Positions 55,362 through 64,000 of a stretch of DNA of 64,000 nucleotides are shown here, in pieces (the stretch's first letter is position 1; each line of letters opens with the position of its first letter). The position numbers were made by a program, and so were the translations under genes. Origin of the DNA: Gemmatimonadaceae bacterium (lineage in GTDB: Bacteria; Gemmatimonadota; Gemmatimonadetes; Gemmatimonadales; Gemmatimonadaceae); assembly GCA_036003845.1 (NCBI GenBank), contig DASYRX010000159.1, forward strand, positions 605 through 64,604. Direction: 5' to 3'. A model generated the notes under the pieces. It had not been told where the DNA came from and searched no databases. It saw nothing but the letters and a program-made list of their open reading frames with translations.

Positions 55362-57314
55362 GTGTGTATTGTTGCGCCGCCGGAGCCCGTCCCCCGCCCA
55401 CCACTGCGACACAAGGAGTCCGTGGACGAGAACAAGTCGCCGCTGTCACGCTGGCTGCTGATCGCCTTCGCGTCCGTGATCTTTGCCGCCAGTGTGGAGC
55501 TGCTTCCGCGCGTCGGCGTTCGGCTGCGAATCGTCCTCCTCGTCACCGCCGTTTGGTTGGGCGTCAGCGCCTGGATAGGCAGACGCGCACTTCTTTCCCG
55601 GCCGTATCGACCCGCCATTCCGCTCCTGCTCGCTCTATCCTATGCCCTTGTCGCTCTCGCGGCACTGGCGCGGGGACAAAACCCGCTCGACACCGATCGC
55701 CTCGCCGCGTACTGCGCGATTAGTGTCGGATGGGCGACGCTCCTTCTTTTGATCGGCACGCAACGCTCAACGGCGGTGCACAAGGCTGTCGAGCCATCGC
55801 GTCGTGTCGCCTGGGGCGTCGTTGCCCTTAGCGCGATTGTCATCTTGATCGCGCACGGGTTAGCGACGCCTCGCTGGCCACTGATCAGCGATGAGGCGAT
55901 CTACGTGCTGCAAAGCGAATGGTTCTTCAAGCCTAACCATTCGTGGGCAGTGCCGCGCGAAATCGCGGACTTCTTCATCATGCGCAAGTTGGGTTACAAC
56001 GCCGACGCGCAGCACTTCTACGGCATGTATCCGCCTGGCTGGCCCGCGGTACTCGCCTCGTTCGATCTCATCGGGCTGCGTTGGTTCGTGCCGGTGATCA
56101 TGGGCGCCGCGAGTGTCGCCTTGACGTATCTCATCGGCGCACGCGTGCATTCGCGCGCGGCCGGGGCCTTCGCCGCGGCCTTGCTCGCGCTGCAGCAGTG
56201 GTACGTGATCGACCACGCGGGCTACATGTCCGACGGCTTCGCCACCTTCACGACCGTGGCAGGCGCGGCGTGCCTGCTGGCCGCGGAGACAGCGACCGGC
56301 GCTCGGCGCTTCGCGTTAGGTGTGCTCGGTGGTGTTGCGTTAGGCATGGGCGTCGCCGGACGGCCCCTGTCCGGCGTGGGACTCGGGCTGGCGCTCGTGC
56401 TGTGGATCCTCATCCGCCGCCGCATGACGGCATCGCAGCTCGCCGTCACGGCCGCGGGAGTCGTACTCGGCGGCGTGCTGCCGGCCGCGTTGCTGCTCGA
56501 GTACAATGCCGCTACAAATGGTGAGCCCTTTCGTCTCGCGTACCAGGCGATCCATGGCCATGGTTACGATCTCGGCTTCGGTATGCGCGGCTTCATGGGG
56601 TACACAGCCTCGCTCGAGCGAGTGCCGGTGCCGGTCATCTATACGCCCGGAATCGCTGCCTCCAACTTCTTTCTGCGTATCTCGGAGTTCTCATACGCCG
56701 CGTTCGGCATCGGTCTGTTACTGCCGCTGATCGCGCTCGCGTTGGCGCATCGCGTGCCACTTCGACTGCGTTTCACGGTCGCCTTTCTCGTCCTCCCGGC
56801 GCTGTATTTCTTCTACTGGTATTCCGGCATACGCTACTTCACGTGCCTGTTGCCGTTCCTGCTCGTCGGCTGCGCTGTGATGGTCCTGGAGCTTTTCGAA
56901 CGCGAGCCCGCCGCGTTAGGCCTCGCCCTGTGCGCGCTGGTCGGGAGCTTGTTCTTCGCGCTGCCGTACCGCGTCTCGCCTGGCGGGCTCGATTCGCCAT
57001 GGACGCGCTCGGCGTACTTCCGCGATCCGGGGCGCATCGCCACGCTGGACTCGCTGCGCGCGTTAGGTGAGCGTCAGGGCCCGCTGCTCGTCTTCGCGCG
57101 ACAACAGGACAACCCGTTCGACAACCTGCTCGATCGGCTCGAGCTGCTCAATGCCGACGGATTGAATTCGCGCGTGCTCGTGGCGCGTGATCTGGGCGCG
57201 CGCAATGCCGAACTCCGTGCGCGATATCCCGAGCGCCGCGTCTATTTAGTGGAAGATGGCGGGCGCGAGTCGCTATCGCGCATCACGCCGCTGGACAGCA
57301 CCGGAGCGCGTTAG
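55362..57314 (+). CDS. ArnT/PMT-like (GT39/GT83-type) membrane glycosyltransferase; start uncertain
   Basis: ORF track. At least 10 TM segments, with DEAIYVLQSEWF and YPPGWPAVLA loops typical of the family. Confidence 0.6.
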   Translation: MCIVAPPEPVPRPPLRHKESVDENKSPLSRWLLIAFASVIFAASVELLPRVGVRLRIVLLVTAVWLGVSAWIGRRALLSRPYRPAIPLLLALSYALVALAALARGQNPLDTDRLAAYCAISVGWATLLLLIGTQRSTAVHKAVEPSRRVAWGVVALSAIVILIAHGLATPRWPLISDEAIYVLQSEWFFKPNHSWAVPREIADFFIMRKLGYNADAQHFYGMYPPGWPAVLASFDLIGLRWFVPVIMGAASVALTYLIGARVHSRAAGAFAAALLALQQWYVIDHAGYMSDGFATFTTVAGAACLLAAETATGARRFALGVLGGVALGMGVAGRPLSGVGLGLALVLWILIRRRMTASQLAVTAAGVVLGGVLPAALLLEYNAATNGEPFRLAYQAIHGHGYDLGFGMRGFMGYTASLERVPVPVIYTPGIAASNFFLRISEFSYAAFGIGLLLPLIALALAHRVPLRLRFTVAFLVLPALYFFYWYSGIRYFTCLLPFLLVGCAVMVLELFEREPAALGLALCALVGSLFFALPYRVSPGGLDSPWTRSAYFRDPGRIATLDSLRALGERQGPLLVFARQQDNPFDNLLDRLELLNADGLNSRVLVARDLGARNAELRARYPERRVYLVEDGGRESLSRITPLDSTGAR

Positions 57315-57589
57315 GCGCCGCCGATGTCCCACGCCTGCTCGACGTCGGTACGCGAGTAGGCTCGAAAAGCGGTGAGAGTTTGGGTGCGCTCGATGCCAAC
57401 GACGCTGGGAAACTTCTCAGTGACGACTTCCGCGATCTGCGAGTATTCCGCCACGCGCACGATCACGACGAGATCCCATTCGCCCGAGACCGAGTACACC
57501 TCCTGCACGCCGTCGATTCCGGCGAGTCGCATTGCGGTCTCCGGAATCCGCTTCGGATCGGCTCGAACAAGAACGATTGTCGTGATCAT
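57311..57589 (-). CDS. Lrp/AsnC ligand-binding-domain protein (stand-alone, 92 aa)
   Basis: ORF track: VQEVYSVSGEWDLVVIVRVAEYSQIAEVV. Confidence 0.75.
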   Translation of the reverse strand: MITTIVLVRADPKRIPETAMRLAGIDGVQEVYSVSGEWDLVVIVRVAEYSQIAEVVTEKFPSVVGIERTQTLTAFRAYSRTDVEQAWDIGGA

Positions 57590-57689
57590 GGCGCGGGCTA
57601 AAATAGCGTCGGCCCCAGGCAGTCACTAGTTTGCACTCCAGCTGGCGAACTCGCTCGCCTTACTTTGACATCTGACTGTAAAGGGCATC

Positions 57690-59303
57690 GTGGAGCAGGA
57701 CGACAGGGAACTCGCGGGCGCCGCGCGCAGCGCGCACGTATTGCACATCACGCCCAGAATCGGTGGCGAGAGCGACCGTCTCGTCCACTCCACACTTGGC
57801 AAGCTCACAAATAGGGCTGACACGGGCGTCGCACTCCTCGTGATCGTCCCCGAGCGAGAAACGGCGTACGAGCTAGTCAGCAACTCGCGCTCCGAAAGCA
57901 CCGGTGGCGGCGACTATTTCGTCCCGCTCACGACACCCTCGCGCGCTGCGCGTCTTCTGCAGCGCAATCCCGCTGCGATCGTCGGTACGCCTGCCGACTT
58001 GCTCGCGCTCGTTCGGGCCACTGAGCTCAAGTTGCAAGGCGTGCGTCAAGTCGTGCTGCTGTGGCCCGATTCGATGCTCGTGAATGAGGCGCAGTCGGCG
58101 GATCTCGACACATTGCTCAGCGAGCTTCCGCGCGACGCCGATCGAACGCTGATCGCCGAGCAGGCGACGCCGACACTCGAATCGTTCATCGAGCGCTTTG
58201 CGCTCAAGCCGCGACGTCTGACTCACAGTGTTTCAGTCGCGATCCCACCGCGACAGGTCGGTTACGTCATCGTCGCTGCCGAGCAGCGCGCTGCTGCGCT
58301 ACAGCGGCTTCTGGATACGCGCGATGCAACAGACGTCGCGGTTGTCGTGGACGATGAGCAGTCGTCGCGCGAGGTCGCTGCCGCACTCGCCGCGTTAGGC
58401 GAGGACGCCGGAGCTGTGCTGAATCCACGGGATGTGACCGCGGCCTCCCTCATTGTCTGGTACGGCCCACCGCGAGGCGCCGTGCGCGTGGCAGAGCTGC
58501 TGGCGGCGACGGCGGAAACATCCGAGACGGTGCTGCTCGCGACGCCCGCTGAGTTACAACGATTCCGCACACTCTCGCCAGCGCTGACCCTCAACCCAGC
58601 GAGCTTACCGCAGCCAACCGACGCCGCCGCACAGCGCGTGCGTGCGTTGCGCGATGAGCTGTCGTCGTTGTTGCGACGCGAGCCGATGGACGCGGAGCTC
58701 GCGACGATCGAACCGCTCTTGGCCAATCATGACGCCGCGGAAATCGCCGCAGCGGCGCTGCGACTGCTGGGCCGCGCGCGCCAAGCCATCGCGCGCGCGG
58801 AGCAGGTCGACCGCACGAGCGCTCCAGCTGCAGCACGTACGGCGCAGCCGGCAGCCCCGGCTGAGCAGCCCTGGACTCGACTGTTTTTGAGCGTCGGGGA
58901 GCGCGATGGCGTCCGTCGCGGCGATCTCGTTGGCGCGATCACGGGCGAGGCATCGATCACCGGCTCTCAAATCGGCAAGATCACGTTGCACGAGACGTAT
59001 TCGCTCGTCGAAGTTGCCAGCTCCGTGGCCGAACACGTCGTGGAGCGCCTAACGGGCGTCTCGATTCGCGGCCGGCGCGTGATGGCGCGCCCCGATCGCG
59101 CCGCTGGCGCGCGCGGCACTCCAGGCGAGGCTCGACGAGGGCCTCGGCGCGACCCGTCCGAGGTGCCGCAGTCGGCGCGCGCCGGCCCGCGCGCGGCACG
59201 TGAGCACGAGGAATGGTCGTCACGCAGCGAACGGCTGCGTCACTCGCGTCGCAGTCCAGCCGAGCCTCCAGCGCCCCCAGAGGTCCCGGGTAGCGAGCCG
59301 TGA
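57690..59303 (+). CDS. DEAD-box-helicase-like protein with a DbpA RNA-binding domain; catalytic motifs degenerate
   Basis: ORF track. The DbpA-type block is [48 protein letters not shown]. The helicase core is recognisable ([19 protein letters not shown]), but motif I is PRIGGES and motif II is LWPDS. Confidence 0.7.
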   Translation: MEQDDRELAGAARSAHVLHITPRIGGESDRLVHSTLGKLTNRADTGVALLVIVPERETAYELVSNSRSESTGGGDYFVPLTTPSRAARLLQRNPAAIVGTPADLLALVRATELKLQGVRQVVLLWPDSMLVNEAQSADLDTLLSELPRDADRTLIAEQATPTLESFIERFALKPRRLTHSVSVAIPPRQVGYVIVAAEQRAAALQRLLDTRDATDVAVVVDDEQSSREVAAALAALGEDAGAVLNPRDVTAASLIVWYGPPRGAVRVAELLAATAETSETVLLATPAELQRFRTLSPALTLNPASLPQPTDAAAQRVRALRDELSSLLRREPMDAELATIEPLLANHDAAEIAAAALRLLGRARQAIARAEQVDRTSAPAAARTAQPAAPAEQPWTRLFLSVGERDGVRRGDLVGAITGEASITGSQIGKITLHETYSLVEVASSVAEHVVERLTGVSIRGRRVMARPDRAAGARGTPGEARRGPRRDPSEVPQSARAGPRAAREHEEWSSRSERLRHSRRSPAEPPAPPEVPGSEP

Positions 59304-59911
59304 GCAGCGCGGCGCTCAATGGCGGCTGGATCGAAGTGATCGCGGGAGTGATGTTTAGCGGCAAGACCGAGGAGCTAATGCGCCGCGTTAGGCGCGCTAT
59401 CATCGCGCGCAAGCGCATCCAGGTCTTCAAGTCACATCTCGACGATCGCTACCTGGGCGTCCTCTCCGTTTCCAGTCACGACGGACGATCCGTCGAAGCG
59501 ATTCCCGTTGATTCGTCCGCGCAGATCGCGTCGCGCATCGATCCGGTGGCCCATGTCATCGCGATCGACGAGGCGCAGTTTCTCGATGACGGCATCGTGG
59601 AAGTCGTCACGTGGCTGGCCAACAGCGGCCGCCGCGTGATCGTCGCCGGCACCGATACCGACTTCCGCGGCGAGCCGTTCGGCCGCATGCCGCAGCTCAT
59701 GGCTGTGGCGGAACTGGTCGACAAGCTGCACGCCATCTGCGTGCTGTGCGGAGCGCCCGCGACGCGCAATCAGCGGCTCATCGACGGCGAACCCGCGCCG
59801 TACGATTCGCCGACAATCATGGTGGGCGGACGCGAAGCGTACGAGGCGCGCTGCCGCGCCTGTCACATCGTTAGGAAAAAAGACGAGGGGCAGCGGACGC
59901 TGCCCCTCTAG
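59300..59911 (+). CDS. tdk: Thymidine kinase
   Basis: ORF track: [21 protein letters not shown], zinc ligands CVLCG...CRACH. Confidence 0.93.
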   Translation: MSSAALNGGWIEVIAGVMFSGKTEELMRRVRRAIIARKRIQVFKSHLDDRYLGVLSVSSHDGRSVEAIPVDSSAQIASRIDPVAHVIAIDEAQFLDDGIVEVVTWLANSGRRVIVAGTDTDFRGEPFGRMPQLMAVAELVDKLHAICVLCGAPATRNQRLIDGEPAPYDSPTIMVGGREAYEARCRACHIVRKKDEGQRTLPL

Positions 59912-60208
59912 TGCGCCCCTAGCACTCAGGAGGGCTGAGGACCTAGGCGCATTCGGCAATCGGCGCGTCCCTCACGCCGCGTTGCGGTGTGGCCGTACCC
60001 GCGTCCTACGAGCGTACCGCAGAAGGCACCGCGTTCGTCGAGAGACGCGACGTTTGAACGCCAAGTTTACGGCTCGTGGAGTCGGCCGCTTGTCACGTGA
60101 AGGACCAGCGCCGTCACTGTCTCCGCCGGTCGCCTTGCAATGTGACGCAAACGGTCACTCGCACGTCTTTGAGTAACGCATGAACGACACCACAACTGGA
60201 ACTTCCTT

Positions 60209-61012
60209 GTGGGCATTGTAGCTGCGCTGTTGCCTAACCCTGCGCGGCTGTTTCGGCTTCGCGCTGCAATCCGCGGACGTCACGCGGTTGAAGCGTGTGC
60301 TGACTGGGCCGCGGTGACGCGCCTCTGCGAAGAGCAGCCGGTGCATCTCGCCGTGCTCGATGTTTTCTCGTCAGGTAGCATGAGCCTCGAGCCGCTGCGT
60401 CAGCTCAAACGACGCTTCCCCAGGCTGAGCACCGTCGTCTACGTCGATGCCTCCGCCGAGCGCGCGCACGATCTCTTCGATGCGGGACGCTCCGGTGTCG
60501 ATGGCCTGATCGTCGCCGAGCGCGACGACGATCCGCGCGCGATGGCGCTCATCCTCGAGCAGGCCGAAGCGCGTGGTGTTGCGGCGCAGTTGCGGACGGC
60601 GATGGGCCAGTGGCGCCCGCTGGTGCGCGATGCGGTGCTGATCGCTGTCACGCGCGCACACGAGCGCCTAACGACAGACGCGGTGACGCGCACGCTTTCG
60701 GTGAGCCGCCGCATCCTCGCGCGGCAGCTGGCCGACGCCGGGCTACCGACCCCCCAGCGCTTGCTCACGTGGGGCCGCCTCATTGTCGCTGGTCACCTCC
60801 TCGAGGACACCGAGCGCAGCGCCGACGGCGTCGCCTACGCCTTGCACTTCCCGTCCGGCAGCGCCTTCAGAAATACCTGTCAACGCTATCTCAAAGCGAC
60901 CCCGTCAGAGATCCGCGCCAACGGTGGCGCCGGCTGGGTGATCAATCGTTTCCTAACTCCCGAGTCGCACGAAGGGCTGCCAGACGAAGAGCAGGACGAA
61001 GTCGCGGCCTAG
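60209..61012 (+). CDS. AraC-type HTH transcriptional regulator with a receiver-like N-terminal domain (GTG start)
   Basis: ORF track. The C-terminus ADGVAYALHFPSGSAFRNTCQRYLKATPSEIR is AraC helix-turn-helix-like. Confidence 0.65.
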   Translation: MGIVAALLPNPARLFRLRAAIRGRHAVEACADWAAVTRLCEEQPVHLAVLDVFSSGSMSLEPLRQLKRRFPRLSTVVYVDASAERAHDLFDAGRSGVDGLIVAERDDDPRAMALILEQAEARGVAAQLRTAMGQWRPLVRDAVLIAVTRAHERLTTDAVTRTLSVSRRILARQLADAGLPTPQRLLTWGRLIVAGHLLEDTERSADGVAYALHFPSGSAFRNTCQRYLKATPSEIRANGGAGWVINRFLTPESHEGLPDEEQDEVAA

Positions 61013-61042
61013 TTTCGCCATACCATATTGTTGCGCCTGGGA

Positions 61043-61078
61043 GCGCCGCCGAGTTCGGTGGCGCCTTTTGTTTTTTTG
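61043..61078 (+). terminator. Rho-independent terminator after the AraC-type gene
   Basis: gcgccgcc-gagttc-ggtggcgc stem followed by cttttgttttttt. Confidence 0.7.
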
Positions 61079-61107
61079 TTGACGCTCATTTGGCGTCTTC
61101 CTACCTT
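61079..61107 (+). promoter_or_regulatory. Candidate sigma70 promoter for coaE
   Basis: TTGACG - 17 nt - TACCTT, about 45 nt upstream of the coaE GTG. Confidence 0.3.
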
Positions 61108-61150
61108 GGCCCACCGAGGCTCACCGCTAACCCCTAATCCCTAACGTCTA

Positions 61151-61774
61151 GTGCTTGTCGTCGGCCTCACCGGCAACATCGCCAGCGGCAAGTCCACGGT
61201 CGCGCGCCTGCTCTCTGAACGCGGTGCGACGATCATCGACGCCGACGTCCTCGCTCGCCGGACGATCGATCCTGGGACTCCCGCTCACGCCGAGATCATC
61301 AAGCGCTGGGGGAACGCTGTCGTCGCGGCCGATGGAGGCATCGATCGCGAGGCGCTTCGCCACATCGTGTTCGGCGCGCCCGACGAGCTGGAGGCGCTCA
61401 ACAACATCGTGCACCCCCACGTCCGCGCGATGCGCGACGAGCTGGTCGACCAGGCACGCGCGCGCGGCGATCAGATCGTCGTCTGCGATATCCCGCTCCT
61501 CTTCGAGCGCGGCCTAGTAGATGACTTCGATCGCATCGTCCTCGTGGACGCACCGCGCGAGCTGCGCCTCGACCGTCTCGTGAGCGAGCGTAAGCTCTCC
61601 CATGCCGACGCGATGGAGATGATCGCGGCGCAGATGCCATCTGAGCTCAAGCGCGCGCGCGCGAACTACGTCATCGAGAACACATCGACGCTACAAGCCT
61701 TGTCTGACCGAGTAGAGGTGATTTGGCTCGCGTTGCAGCAAGATGCGCAGGCGGTTGACGCGAACGTCGCTTGA
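61151..61774 (+). CDS. coaE: Dephospho-CoA kinase (GTG start)
   Basis: ORF track: VVGLTGNIASGKSTVA, ADVLAR, VVCDIPLLFE. Confidence 0.9.
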   Translation: MLVVGLTGNIASGKSTVARLLSERGATIIDADVLARRTIDPGTPAHAEIIKRWGNAVVAADGGIDREALRHIVFGAPDELEALNNIVHPHVRAMRDELVDQARARGDQIVVCDIPLLFERGLVDDFDRIVLVDAPRELRLDRLVSERKLSHADAMEMIAAQMPSELKRARANYVIENTSTLQALSDRVEVIWLALQQDAQAVDANVA

Positions 61775-61793
61775 CACTCCACGCTCTAACGAA

Positions 61794-61843
61794 CTAAAGC
61801 TGCTGTCAGCTGTCTGCATACGGCTGACGGCCGACAGCTGCTC
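61794..61843. repeat. Intergenic CTAAAGCTG..TGTCAGCTG-family hairpin element (copy 4)
   Basis: ctaaagctgctgtcagctgtctgcatacggctgacggccgacagctgctcg. The CAGCTGTC/GACAGCTG arms form an 8-bp stem. Confidence 0.6.
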
Positions 61844-61870
61844 GTAATCACCTCAAACTAGGAAAGATCC

Positions 61871-62257
61871 GTGGCCAATATCCCTGCCGATCTGAAATAC
61901 ACGAAGGATCATGAGTACGTGAAGCCAAGTGCCGACCCTAGCGTGGTGGTCGTCGGCATCACGGATTTCGCGCAGGGAGAGTTAGGCGATGTCGTTTTTG
62001 TCGAGCTGCCGAAAGTCGGTCGCAAGCTCGGCGAGCACGAGGTGTTCGGAACGATCGAGGCCGTGAAGGCCGTTTCGGAGCTTTATTCGCCGCTGGCCGG
62101 CGAAGTGACGGAGATCAATTCGAGACTGGATGGCGAGCCGTCACTCGTGAACAGCGATCCGTATGGCGAGGGGTGGATGATGAAGATGAAAGTCGCGGCT
62201 GCGACGAGCCCCTCGTTACTCGATGCTGAGGCTTACAAGAAGCTGATCGGACAGTAG
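61871..62257 (+). CDS. gcvH: Glycine cleavage system H protein
   Basis: ORF track: lipoyl-lysine block FGTIEAVKAVSELYSPLAGEV; YGEGWMMKM. Confidence 0.95.
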   Translation: MANIPADLKYTKDHEYVKPSADPSVVVVGITDFAQGELGDVVFVELPKVGRKLGEHEVFGTIEAVKAVSELYSPLAGEVTEINSRLDGEPSLVNSDPYGEGWMMKMKVAAATSPSLLDAEAYKKLIGQ

Positions 62258-62258
62258 C

Positions 62259-62335
62259 CGAGGTCAAAGGTCAAAGGTCAGAGGTCAAAGCGATCCACTC
62301 GTTATGGCTTTGACCTTTGACTTTTTGCCATTGAC

Positions 62336-62339
<4 letters not shown>
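62259..62339. repeat. Heptad array (NNAGGTC x4) plus inverted GACCTTT units, forming a long imperfect hairpin between convergent gcvH and gcvP
   Basis: cgaggtc aaaggtc aaaggtc agaggtc aaagc ... gctttgacctttgactttt ... gacctat. The last unit overlaps the gcvP stop. Confidence 0.85.

Positions 62340-64000
<1,661 letters not shown>

Noticed and set aside
59886-59909. A 10-bp hairpin (gaggggcagc-ggac-gctgcccctc) overlapping the tdk stop codon, considered as a terminator.
   Set aside because: No U-tract follows it, and it lies mostly inside coding sequence. The evidence is insufficient.

Overview
High-GC (about two-thirds G+C by eye) bacterial core-chromosome window with no prophage, IS element or CRISPR array. 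The left end is one long minus-strand block. It starts from a strong sigma70-like promoter and runs tRNA-Thr/Tyr/Gly/Thr, rpmG, secE, nusG, rplK, rplA, rplJ, rplL, an oversized rpoB (1546 aa) and the start of rpoC.

The remaining ~55 genes are housekeeping or accessory. They include a PadR plus duplicated FtsX-type permease pair, cysS, a YbjN-like/PspA/AI-2E permease module, uvrA, cutA, an ABC exporter set, mtnA, recF-DUF721-gyrB, deoA, a response regulator and GAF protein, ligA, a TPR-ParA-lipoprotein trio, an acyl-CoA ligase, a PTPS-folE-SDR pterin cluster, sbcDC plus a GNAT gene, an ArnT-like glycosyltransferase, a catalytically dead DEAD-box/DbpA protein, tdk, coaE, gcvH and gcvP. The PadR/duplicated-permease pair and a four-helix-bundle gene suggest Gemmatimonadota or Acidobacteriota, but that is weak inference only.

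The most unusual signals are in the DNA itself:
- **Octamer:** CGTTAGGC/GCCTAACG (core GTTAGG) is strand-symmetric and far too frequent. I counted about 134 core copies by hand, roughly one per 480 bp. It is written into conserved genes through rare codons (TTA, CTA, AGG) and supplies several stop codons.
- **Heptad arrays:** a GACCTCN/NGAGGTC tandem-heptad family brackets a 23S-rRNA-IVS-type four-helix-bundle gene in inverted orientation next to ligA. It also sits in front of gyrB and between gcvH and gcvP.
- **Intergenic hairpin family:** a second repeat family, CTAAAGCTGTCAGC, occurs at four loci.

Many ORF-track entries are antisense or out-of-frame artefacts of high GC and are not reported. 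All counts are hand counts and need computational confirmation.
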